Source of the DNA: Candidatus Limnocylindria bacterium
GTDB lineage: Bacteria > Chloroflexota > Limnocylindria > QHBO01
Length of the DNA stretch: 34,053 bases
Direction of reading: 5' to 3'
Assembly: GCA_036261425.1 (NCBI GenBank)
Contig: DATAKU010000084.1
Span: 1 to 34,053, forward strand
In this document: positions 17,178 to 25,002 of the stretch, piece after piece
Layout: each line of letters opens with the position of its first letter
Numbering within the stretch: position 1 is the first letter of the stretch
Position numbers and translations under genes: made by a program
Notes under the pieces: model-generated
Told to the model about the DNA's origin: nothing
What the model saw: only the letters and a program-made list of their open reading frames with translations
Databases searched by the model: none

Positions 17178-18194
17178 ATGTACGTCCCCAGGGTGGCGTC
17201 GGGGATCCTTCGCCGCCTGAGCCGCCCGTCCACGCCGGACGGGTCCGCCGCCCCCGAGCGCCGGCGCGAGGTGCTCACCTACTGGCTCTACCGCGCGGCC
17301 GAGCGGCTGATCAACGCCCTCCCGCGCCGGGTGGCGCTGGCCGCCGCGACGGCCGTCGGCAACGTGGCCTACGACCTGGCCGGCCCCAAGGGCCGCCTCA
17401 TCCGCGAGAACCTGTCGCGCCCCATGCGCCTGCCGGTAGACGATCCCCGCGTCGCCGCGGCGGCGCGCCGCGCGTTCCGCAACTACGCGAAGTACCTGGT
17501 CGACATGATGCGGATCGGCGAGATCGGCGAGGAGGAAGCGCATCGGCTCATCCTCATCGAGAACATCGAGCTCCTGCGGTCCGCGCGGGCGGAGGGCAAG
17601 GGCGTCATCATCAGCACCGTCCACGTCGGCGGCATGGACCTCATCGGTGCCGCCCTCAAGGCCCACGGCGAGACGCTCCACGTCGTCGCCGACGACACGA
17701 CCTACGGTCGCCTGTACGACCACCTGTCGGCCCAGCGCGCCAAGCAGCACGTCTTCCTCATCGGCTGGCGCAACCTGCGCGGCCTGTTCCGCGCCCTGCG
17801 CGGCGGCGGCAACCTCGTCCTGTTCTGCGACGGCGGCTATCGCCGAGGGGACGTCCCGGTCGAGTTCTGCGGGGAGGCCACCACCTTTCCGATCGGTCCG
17901 GCCACCCTGTCGGCCAAGACCGGAGCACCGATGCTGCCGGTCACCTGCCGTCGCCTCGAGGACGACCGCTTCCACGCCGGGGCCCTGCCGCTCGTCCACT
18001 GCGCCGGCACCGACCCGGCGGAGCTGTACCGCGCCACCCAGACCGTGGCGGACGAGCTCGGCGGGGTCATCGCCGCCGACCCGGGCCAGTGGTACATGTT
18101 CCGCCCGGTCTGGCCCCAGACCGATGCCGAACGCGAGCACGCCGCGCACGCCCTCGCCGCGGCCCGCCGCGGCGAGGACTGGACCCGGATCTGA
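17178..18194 (+). CDS. LpxL/HtrB-family lipid acyltransferase (PatA-like)
   Basis: N-terminal LYRAAERLINALPRRVALAAATAVGNVAYDL and the H-x4-D catalytic motif in STVHVGGMD. Its position next to the PI synthase and pimA mirrors the mycobacterial pgsA1-patA-pimA arrangement. Confidence 0.75.
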   Translation: MYVPRVASGILRRLSRPSTPDGSAAPERRREVLTYWLYRAAERLINALPRRVALAAATAVGNVAYDLAGPKGRLIRENLSRPMRLPVDDPRVAAAARRAFRNYAKYLVDMMRIGEIGEEEAHRLILIENIELLRSARAEGKGVIISTVHVGGMDLIGAALKAHGETLHVVADDTTYGRLYDHLSAQRAKQHVFLIGWRNLRGLFRALRGGGNLVLFCDGGYRRGDVPVEFCGEATTFPIGPATLSAKTGAPMLPVTCRRLEDDRFHAGALPLVHCAGTDPAELYRATQTVADELGGVIAADPGQWYMFRPVWPQTDAEREHAAHALAAARRGEDWTRI

Positions 18195-18199
18195 CGGGG

Positions 18200-19096
18200 A
18201 TGCTCCTTCGCTTGGCCCTCGAGCTCGCCGATCGCGTCGCGACGGCTCTGCCGCCCGGTGCCGCCTACCGCCTGGCCGACCTGGCCGGCGATGCGTGGCG
18301 CCGGTTCGCCCCCGCGCGGCGCCGCCTGGTCGCCGCGAACCTGCGTCGCGTGTGCGAGGCGACCGGCCGCCCGAGCTCGGGGCCGTCCTTCCTCCGGCTG
18401 GTGCGCGACGCGTTCCGCCACCACGCGCGCTACTACCTCGAGATCCTGCGCGGCCCGCACTACCCGATGGAGCAGATCGAGGAGATCGTGCAGGTGCCGC
18501 GCTGGGCGACCTTCGAGCCGCTCGTCCGCGATCGAGCCTCCATCCTCGTCAGCTGGCACTTCGGGAACCCGGAGCCGTTCGCCTCGTTCCTGGTGGCGCA
18601 GCGGATCCCCGTCCTGGCGCCGATCGAGGTCATCGAGCCGCGCGTCCTGTTCGACTTCCTGGTGGCCCGCCGCGGAGCGGGGCATCCCGAGCTCGTCGAC
18701 GTGCGGCGGGCGGCGCGACCCCTGGCCGAGCGCCTGCGGAGCGGGGGCATGGTCGGCGTGGTCGCCGACCGTGACCTGTCCGGCGATGGGTTGCCGGTCA
18801 CGATCTTCGGCCACCTCACCACCATGCCGGCCGGCCCGGCCTGGCTGGCGCTGGCGCATCGGTCCACCCTGCTCGCCGGCAGCGCCGTGCGCGTCGCACC
18901 GGAGCGCTTCGTTGCCGACGGCGAGCTGGTCGAGCTGCCCGACAGCGGCGATCGGCGCGCCGACATCCTGGAGCTGACGCGGCGGCTGGCCGCCCGGTTC
19001 GAGGCGGACGTGGCCGCGGCTCCCGAGCAGTGGTGGGGCGCCTTCCAGCCGGTCTGGCCTGACCTGCCCTCCGGCGGTGCGGGGGAGGTGGAGTGA
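18200..19096 (+). CDS. Second LpxL/HtrB-family lipid acyltransferase (paralogue)
   Basis: ATG 18200 lies 5 nt after the upstream stop. ALELADRVATALPPGAAYRLADLAGDAWRRF has the same layout as the upstream gene. Catalytic motif SWHFGNPE (H-x4-E). Confidence 0.7.
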   Translation: MLLRLALELADRVATALPPGAAYRLADLAGDAWRRFAPARRRLVAANLRRVCEATGRPSSGPSFLRLVRDAFRHHARYYLEILRGPHYPMEQIEEIVQVPRWATFEPLVRDRASILVSWHFGNPEPFASFLVAQRIPVLAPIEVIEPRVLFDFLVARRGAGHPELVDVRRAARPLAERLRSGGMVGVVADRDLSGDGLPVTIFGHLTTMPAGPAWLALAHRSTLLAGSAVRVAPERFVADGELVELPDSGDRRADILELTRRLAARFEADVAAAPEQWWGAFQPVWPDLPSGGAGEVE

Positions 19097-19884
19097 GCGA
19101 TTCGCCCACGGTCAGCGCAGGTCGGGCACGGGACGCGCGACCCCGGTCCGGCGGCGAGTGGGGCTGGGCCGACATGCACATCCACTCCCTCTACTCCGAT
19201 GGGACCGCGTCGGTCCGACAGATCCTGGATCACATCGAGCGCCACACCGAGCTCGACGTGGCGGCCATCACCGACCACGAGCGCATCGACGGCGCGCTGC
19301 GAGCCGCGGACCTCCACGCGGCCGGCGACTACTCGTTCGACCTGGTCGTGGGGGAGGAGGTCACCACGCGCCAAGGCCACGTGGTGGCCCTGTTCATCAC
19401 CGAGCGCATTCCTGCCCTGCGGCCCATCGAGGAGACGCTCCACCGCATCCACGCCCAGGGCGGCATCGCCATCGCGGCCCACCCCATGGCGCCGGTGCCG
19501 CTGAGCCTCGGAAGGCGGAGCCTGCGGCGCGTGCGCGACCACGAGCACGAGGACGTCTACCTCGACGCCATCGAGCTGTTCAACCCGAGCTACGCCGGGC
19601 GCGTTCGCCAGGGCGCACGGCTGGCGCTCAACGCCGCCGAGCTCGGTCTACCCGGCGTCGGCAACTCGGACGCCCACGTCCTGGCCGGCATCGGCACCGG
19701 GTTCACCGCCTTCCGCGGGAGCACCGCCCAGGAGTACCGACGCGCCATCGAGGCGGGGGAGGTCGCCGCCGAGGGGTCCCACTGGTCGTCGGTGCACAAC
19801 GTCGACGTCTACCGGCGCCAGCTCCACGCCAAGCTGCGACACCTCTGGCACACCCTGAAGCCCGGCGACGAGGACTGGCGCTGA
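19093..19884 (+). CDS. PHP-domain (TrpH/YciV-like) metal-dependent phosphoesterase
   Basis: PHP motifs appear in order: DMHIHSLYSDG, AITDHE, GEEVTT, IAIAAHP, NSDAHV. GTG 19093 overlaps the upstream stop (GTGA) and is preceded by GGGGGAGG. Confidence 0.8.
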   Translation: MSDSPTVSAGRARDARPRSGGEWGWADMHIHSLYSDGTASVRQILDHIERHTELDVAAITDHERIDGALRAADLHAAGDYSFDLVVGEEVTTRQGHVVALFITERIPALRPIEETLHRIHAQGGIAIAAHPMAPVPLSLGRRSLRRVRDHEHEDVYLDAIELFNPSYAGRVRQGARLALNAAELGLPGVGNSDAHVLAGIGTGFTAFRGSTAQEYRRAIEAGEVAAEGSHWSSVHNVDVYRRQLHAKLRHLWHTLKPGDEDWR

Positions 19885-19933
19885 TCCGGTACGCGCGTCG
19901 CGACCATGACGGAGTTCCGGCATACTCGGTCGC

Positions 19934-21106
19934 GTGACGTCGCTCGCCCCCTCGCCGACGACGACCGCGACGCGGCCACCGCTCCGCATCGGCATCGTCA
20001 GCCCGTACGGCTACCCGCACCCTGGGGGCGTCAACGAGCACGTCCACCACACCTACCAGGCCATGCGGCGCATGGGGCACGACGCCTGGGTCATCACCAG
20101 CAAGTACGGCCGCGAGCGCGAGAGCGAGGGCCATGTCATCCGGCTCGGGACCGGCTGGGCCTTCCCGGCCAACGGCAGCGTCGGACGCGTCACCCTGGGC
20201 CTGCGCTTCAAGCGTCAGGCGCGCGAGGTGCTCCAGGCGCATCGGTTCGACATCCTCCACTTCCACGAGCCCTTCGTGCCGTTCCTGTCCCCGACCGTGC
20301 TGGAGGCGTCGGAGACGGTCAACATCGCCACGTTCCACGCCTTCGGCGGATTCAGCCCCAGCTACTGGATCGGCCGGCGCTTTGCCGGGCCGCTGGCTGA
20401 GCTGCTCCACGGCCGGATCGCGGTCTCCGGCGCGGCCCGGCACTTCATCAGCCGCTACTTCCCGGGCGACTACGAGATCATCCCGAATGGCGTGGACGCG
20501 GACCTCTACGCCGGTGCCGAACCCTACGAGGAGCTCCGGGACGGAACGCTGAACATCCTGTTCGTCGGACGCTTCGAGGAGCGCAAGGGACTGATCCACC
20601 TCCTCAAGGCCTATCACCGGCTCCGTAAGCGCAAGGTCGACGCTCGACTGCTGGTGGTGGGAGCCGGGCCGAAGGAGCGCGAGTACCGGCGCTTCGTCGG
20701 GCTGCGCGGCATCCGCGACGTCGAGTTCCTCGGACGCGTCAGCGACGAGGAGAAGCGCCGCTACTTCGCGTCGGCCGACATCTTCTGCGCCCCGAACACC
20801 GGCCAGGAGTCCTTCGGCATCGTCCTGCTGGAGGCCATGGCCGCCGGTGTCCCGATCGTGGCCAGCGACATCCACGGCTTCAAGAACGTCATCCAGCGCA
20901 ACGTCCAGGGGATCCTGGTCGAGCCGCGCAACCCGCGGGCCCTCGCGGCCGCGCTCTACGCGCTGGCGCGCGACCCCGACCTCCGCCACGAGATGGGCGA
21001 TGCGGGCCGAGCACGCGCTCCCGAGTACAGCTGGGAGCGCGTCACCGAGCGTGTCATCGACTACTACCACGAGGTCCGTGACCGGGTCCTGTCCGACCGA
21101 ACCTGA
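19934..21106 (+). CDS. pimA: GT4 glycosyltransferase, PimA-like phosphatidylinositol mannosyltransferase
   Basis: N-terminus LRIGIVSPYGYPHPGGVNEHV parallels mycobacterial PimA (RIGMVCPY..PGGVQSHV). GT4 C-terminal motif ESFGIVLLEAMAAGVPIVASD. Genomic context with the PI synthase and acyltransferases. Confidence 0.75.
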   Translation: MTSLAPSPTTTATRPPLRIGIVSPYGYPHPGGVNEHVHHTYQAMRRMGHDAWVITSKYGRERESEGHVIRLGTGWAFPANGSVGRVTLGLRFKRQAREVLQAHRFDILHFHEPFVPFLSPTVLEASETVNIATFHAFGGFSPSYWIGRRFAGPLAELLHGRIAVSGAARHFISRYFPGDYEIIPNGVDADLYAGAEPYEELRDGTLNILFVGRFEERKGLIHLLKAYHRLRKRKVDARLLVVGAGPKEREYRRFVGLRGIRDVEFLGRVSDEEKRRYFASADIFCAPNTGQESFGIVLLEAMAAGVPIVASDIHGFKNVIQRNVQGILVEPRNPRALAAALYALARDPDLRHEMGDAGRARAPEYSWERVTERVIDYYHEVRDRVLSDRT

Positions 21107-21116
21107 GCGAACCGAC

Positions 21117-21848
21117 TCAGGACTCGAGATGCCACAGGGCGCGGTAGTACCGGATGCGCTCGTCGTCCGGCTCGACCCCGTAGGCCCGGAAGAACTCGGC
21201 TTGGTGGCCCGGCCCGAAGTTCCAGTCGAGGCTCATCGAGGCGACCGCCAGATCGGCCCAGCGGTCTCCCACGGCCAGGTCGCCGAAGTCGACGTTGCCC
21301 GTCCATTGCCCCTCCGCCGAGATCAGCGTGTTCGGGGCGCACGCGTCACCGTGGACAAGCACCGGCTCCTTCACGGGCGGTCGCGGCCCGAGCCCTTCCG
21401 GGGATCGGCCGACCCACACCTCCGCAGTCCACTCCGCCGGGAAGGCCTCCACGGCGGTGGCGTGGAGGGCCCGGAGCCCCGCAGCGATCGCCCGGATCGC
21501 CTCCGCTCGCCGTGCGCGCCATGTGTCGCCCACCGCGCTTTCCCCGGGCAGCGCGGCCGTCATGAGCCACTGCGCCCCGCCGTCACGGCCATGGTCGATC
21601 AGACGTGGCGCCGGATGCCGATCGGAGAGCCACTCGAGGCGAACGCGCTCGCGCTCCAGGTCCACGCCGGTCGCCGCGGGATTCCACTTCACGAAGGCGT
21701 CGCCGATCCGGAAGGTCAGCCCTCCCAGCTCGTTGCGCCACGCAAGTTCGACGGGGCGACCAGCCGCGATCGCCAGCACGATGTCGGGAATCGGGTCGTC
21801 CCCGAGGGTATGGAAGGCTGCGAGCGAGGCGAGGTCCGGCTGCGTCAC
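21117..21848 (-). CDS. Aminoglycoside-phosphotransferase (APH(3')-like) family kinase
   Basis: Brenner motif VLVHGDACAPNTLI, activation segment NVDFGDLAVGDRWADLAVAS, and C-terminus FFRAYGVEPDDERIRYYRALW, all as in APH(3') enzymes. GTG 21848 overlaps the upstream stop. The upstream part of track ORF 21117-22442 is not protein-like. Confidence 0.75.
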   Translation of the reverse strand: MTQPDLASLAAFHTLGDDPIPDIVLAIAAGRPVELAWRNELGGLTFRIGDAFVKWNPAATGVDLERERVRLEWLSDRHPAPRLIDHGRDGGAQWLMTAALPGESAVGDTWRARRAEAIRAIAAGLRALHATAVEAFPAEWTAEVWVGRSPEGLGPRPPVKEPVLVHGDACAPNTLISAEGQWTGNVDFGDLAVGDRWADLAVASMSLDWNFGPGHQAEFFRAYGVEPDDERIRYYRALWHLES

Positions 21849-22840
21849 AGCGGCTTGCGGTACGCCATGAACGTCTGCTTGGCGGCGTAGCCGAGCGACT
21901 CGTACAGGCCGAGCGCCCCGGTGGGGTTCTGCGCGTCGACCCCCAGGCTGGCCGAGGTGAAGCCCGCCTCTCGCGCCGCCACCATCGAGTCGGCCAGGAG
22001 CGCCCGGGCCAATCCGCGCCGGCGCCACGGCCGACGCGTGGCGACCGACGCCACGTATACGCGCCGCCGGTGGTGGCGCTCGTTCTCCTCCTCCGGCACG
22101 ACCGTGACGATGACCGACGCGACCTGGTCGCCGTCCCAGGCCACGCGCCAGAAGCGCGGGTCGGCGTTCTGGGGGTCGCCGTCGAAGGTCCTCCACTCCT
22201 CCTCGGTGCCCGGGGTTGCGCCCCAGTGGTCCCGGAACGCCTCCTCCATGGCGTCCCAGATGGCGCGGTACTGGTCGCGCGTCACGGGCCGCACCTCGAG
22301 GCCATCGGCGATGGGCAGGGACGGGAGGTCGTCGAGCGACGGTGCCACCATCTCGAAGAAGTAGCGCACCACGCCGTACCCGTCGGCAGTGAGCATGGCG
22401 TGGTTGCCCGGATCGGCCTCCGCGCCCTCGGAGGAGAGCCACTTCGGCCCGACGCCCGCATGGCTCTCGGCGATCTGCCGGAGGCGGGCCTCGTTGCGGC
22501 GGTGCAACTCGCTGCCAATCCCTCGCCGCCGCCAGTCGGGATGCACGAAGCCGAAGTTCTCATACGCTCGCCCGCCCTCGACCAGCTCCGTCCAGAAGAC
22601 GCGCGAGTAGGCGACCAGCCTGCCGTCGACCTCGGCCAGCAGGATGTCGCGTTCGTGGTCGCAGTTGGTGTGGTTCGCGTAGGACAGGTCGAACTGCTCC
22701 AACGTGGTGACCTCGTCCGAGCCGTTCGCCACGGCCGCGGCCTGGTGCACCCGGTGCATCTCCGGGTGGTCCTCCGGGCCGCGGTAGTGACGGATCCGCA
22801 ATCCGGGGACGTCCGGGGCGCGCGCGTGCTGGTCGATCAC
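21845..22840 (-). CDS. Tandem-GNAT (MshD-like) acetyltransferase, copy 2
   Basis: Two GNAT motif-A segments (VHPDWRRRGIGSEL and ATRRPWRRRGLARALL). C-terminus LGVDAQNPTGALGLYESLGY. GTG 22840 overlaps the stop of copy 1. Confidence 0.75.
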   Translation of the reverse strand: MIDQHARAPDVPGLRIRHYRGPEDHPEMHRVHQAAAVANGSDEVTTLEQFDLSYANHTNCDHERDILLAEVDGRLVAYSRVFWTELVEGGRAYENFGFVHPDWRRRGIGSELHRRNEARLRQIAESHAGVGPKWLSSEGAEADPGNHAMLTADGYGVVRYFFEMVAPSLDDLPSLPIADGLEVRPVTRDQYRAIWDAMEEAFRDHWGATPGTEEEWRTFDGDPQNADPRFWRVAWDGDQVASVIVTVVPEEENERHHRRRVYVASVATRRPWRRRGLARALLADSMVAAREAGFTSASLGVDAQNPTGALGLYESLGYAAKQTFMAYRKPL

Positions 22841-23853
22841 GCCGCACCCCCGTCCAGCGGCCGGCGCCACGCGATGAAGCGCTCGGTGGGGGCGAAGCCG
22901 GCCGACTCGTACAGGCCGAACGCGCCATTGGGGTTGTCGGCGTCGACGCCCAGCACGGCGACCTCCATGCCCCGCTCGCGGAGCAGGTGCAGGGAGCGAA
23001 CGATGAGGCCGCGCGCCAGCCCGCGTCGCCTCCACGCCCGACGCGTGAAGACGCTGTCAAGCCAGCCGCGCCGAATGCCCAGCGCGGCGTTCTCCGCCGG
23101 GTAGATCGCGTTCAGCACTCCCCCGGCGATCTCGTCGCCGTCCCAGGCGACCAGCATCAGCTCCGGCTGAAACTCGGGAGAGTCGACCCAGCGCCGGAAG
23201 CTGGCCTCCGACTGGTCCCAACCGCCCCAGTGGTCGCGGAAGGCGTCGATGTCCGCCTCCCAGACCCGATGGGCCATCTCGCGCGTCACCGGACGGAGCT
23301 CCAGCCCGTCGGGAAGGGGCTCGATGGCGGGCAGGTCCCCGTCGATGCGGCGCTCCATATCGGCGAACCAGCGCACCGGCCGGTAGCCGGCGCGGCGGGC
23401 GAGTGCCTGCGCCCCCAGGTTCGTCTCCGCGGTGCCCATGCCGAGGACCATCGGTCGGTCGGTCTCGTGGCTCGCCGCCGTGGCACGCCTGCGGTCCTCG
23501 CTGCGCATCAGCAGCATGGTCCCGATGCCGCGCCGCCGGTAGGCGGGATCCACCCAGCATCGGGAGCGGTACTCGCGCACGCCATCGGTCGCGTCGATCC
23601 AGTCCAGCTGGCCGAAGGCAACCGGCCGTCCATCGACTTCGACCACGGTGACGTCGCGGGACGGGTCGAACTGCTCGGACGGGTGGCCCCACCAGGCGGC
23701 CATCTCCTCGACGGTCGAGCGGCCGCGAACGCCGTCCGCCTCCCACTCGGCGTTCTGGATCCGCACGAGCTCGGCGTAGTCGGCCGGTCCCGCGAAGGCG
23801 CGCAGGACCAGGCCGGAGGTGACGGCCGCCGGGGCGGCCGGTTCGGTCTTCAT
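22837..23853 (-). CDS. Tandem-GNAT (MshD-like) acetyltransferase, copy 1
   Basis: Two GNAT motif-A segments (VDPAYRRRGIGTML and FTRRAWRRRGLARGLI). Clear paralogue of the downstream gene (DGLELRPVTRE..DAFRDHWG, LGVDADNPNGAFGLYESAGF). ATG 23853 lies 5 nt after GGAGAG. An alternative start is at 23895. Confidence 0.75.
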   Translation of the reverse strand: MKTEPAAPAAVTSGLVLRAFAGPADYAELVRIQNAEWEADGVRGRSTVEEMAAWWGHPSEQFDPSRDVTVVEVDGRPVAFGQLDWIDATDGVREYRSRCWVDPAYRRRGIGTMLLMRSEDRRRATAASHETDRPMVLGMGTAETNLGAQALARRAGYRPVRWFADMERRIDGDLPAIEPLPDGLELRPVTREMAHRVWEADIDAFRDHWGGWDQSEASFRRWVDSPEFQPELMLVAWDGDEIAGGVLNAIYPAENAALGIRRGWLDSVFTRRAWRRRGLARGLIVRSLHLLRERGMEVAVLGVDADNPNGAFGLYESAGFAPTERFIAWRRPLDGGAA

Positions 23854-23884
23854 GTCATCTCTCCGTGAGTGGAGCGAGGCGGCA

Positions 23885-24685
23885 TCAGCCGACACGCTTG
23901 AGCTTCCCGGTGCGCTTCGCGTAGCGCTCGGCCAGGCCGAACACGTAGACGCCCAGCGGGATGAGGACCACGCCCATGAGGAGCAGCGGCCAGACGTTGT
24001 GCAGCAGCTCGCCCACCGACTGGTTGTGGATGAGCCCGCCGCGAATCCCGTCCAGCACGTAGGTGCCGGGGCTGAACTGCGAGACGAACTGCATCCACTC
24101 GGGCAGGACGTCGGTGCCGTAGTAGACGCCGCTGAAGAGCAGGATGATCGACTGGATGACGAAGACCATCTGGTCGCCGCGCTCCACGTACAGCAGCGGC
24201 AGGATCGCCGCCATCATCCCGACCCCGACGAAGCTGATCGACCCGAGCGCCAGGAACACGGCCGCGGTCACGAAGTTGCCGCCGTCGAACCGGACGTCGA
24301 AGAAGAGCAGCATCACCGCCAGGATGATCACCATCTGGATCACCGCGTAGGCCACGGCGAAGAAGGTGGAGCCGATCAGCTGGGTCCAGCGCCGCACCGG
24401 CGCCATGAACGTGTACTCCAGCGTTCCCTCCCAGCGCTCCCAGGTGACCGTCTCGCCGATGAAGCCGAAGACGATCGACAGGAAGTTCCAGAAGATGGTG
24501 CCGATGATCAGCGTCTGGAGCAGGATCGGGTCGCCCTGGGCCACGCCGATGAAGGCCACCGCCAGGGCGGCGGCCAGCGAGTAGATCAGCCAGGCGACCT
24601 CCCAGCCCCAGTACCGCTTGGTCAGGTTGAAGTTGCGCTCGACGAAGGCGAAGCTCGCCTTGAGCTCGCGCGTGGCAATGGTCAT
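23885..24685 (-). CDS. ABC-2-type exporter permease
   Basis: From ATG 24685: MTIATRELKASFAFVERNFNLTKRYWGWEVAWLIYSL..., 6 TM, typical DrrB/ABC-2 layout. Upstream codons of track ORF 23885-24886 are not protein-like. Confidence 0.75.
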   Translation of the reverse strand: MTIATRELKASFAFVERNFNLTKRYWGWEVAWLIYSLAAALAVAFIGVAQGDPILLQTLIIGTIFWNFLSIVFGFIGETVTWERWEGTLEYTFMAPVRRWTQLIGSTFFAVAYAVIQMVIILAVMLLFFDVRFDGGNFVTAAVFLALGSISFVGVGMMAAILPLLYVERGDQMVFVIQSIILLFSGVYYGTDVLPEWMQFVSQFSPGTYVLDGIRGGLIHNQSVGELLHNVWPLLLMGVVLIPLGVYVFGLAERYAKRTGKLKRVG

Positions 24686-24740
24686 CGGTGTCGGTTCCCG
24701 AGCGAATGGATGGATGGATGGCCGATGGACCGGCCGGACC

Positions 24741-24935
24741 CTATCGGGCCCGGACCGGCCGCATCGTGGGATCGTTCGCCAGCCAGGTGCCGGTTCGCAC
24801 CAGTTGTCGCCCGATCCAGCGTCGCAGCGGGCGCCGCTGATGACCGACTCCCACCAGGAGGGTCGTGCGGCGCAGCTCCGCCTCACGCTCCTTCGCCAGC
24901 TGGCGCAGGACGTGAACGTTCTGAACGCTCTGCAC
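24741..24935 (-). CDS. Small basic protein (64-66 aa) between the ABC ATPase and permease genes
   Basis: Strong SD AAAGGAGG (24951-24944) in an AT-richer patch. GTG 24935 has 8-nt spacing; ATG 24941 is only 2 nt from the SD. Product is VQSVQNVHVLRQLAKEREAELRRTTLLVGVGHQRRPLRRWIGRQLVRTGTWLA... Confidence 0.45.
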   Translation of the reverse strand: MQSVQNVHVLRQLAKEREAELRRTTLLVGVGHQRRPLRRWIGRQLVRTGTWLANDPTMRPVRAR

Positions 24936-25002
24936 GGTCATCACCTCCTTTCCTTTCGTTCCTTCATCTCTGCGACGAACGCGGGTCGTCGTGGTCGACG
25001 GC

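Noticed and set aside
15086-21070. Series of long minus-strand ORFs (15086-17278, 16986-18149, 17837-18859, 18460-19548, 19703-21070) and plus-strand alternatives (15589-16623, 17647-18774, 19077-19937, 20847-21890).
   Set aside because: All overlap well-supported plus-strand genes (ino1, acyltransferases, PHP, pimA) and translate to low-complexity Arg/Gly/Asp/Pro sequence.
21102-21121. Inverted repeat CCTGAG-N8-CTCAGG spanning the convergent pimA and APH stop codons. Considered as a bidirectional terminator.
   Set aside because: The stem is only 6 bp with an 8-nt loop and no U-tract on either strand, which is too weak to call. GC-rich hairpins at ~289-306 and ~478-505 near the LuxR and lipoprotein gene ends also lack U-tracts.
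24706-24728. (ATGG)4 tetranucleotide repeat plus one further spaced copy, 21 nt upstream of the ABC-2 permease start. Considered as a phase-variation tract.
   Set aside because: Four copies is too short for efficient slipped-strand switching. It lies in untranslated sequence, so length changes would not shift a frame.
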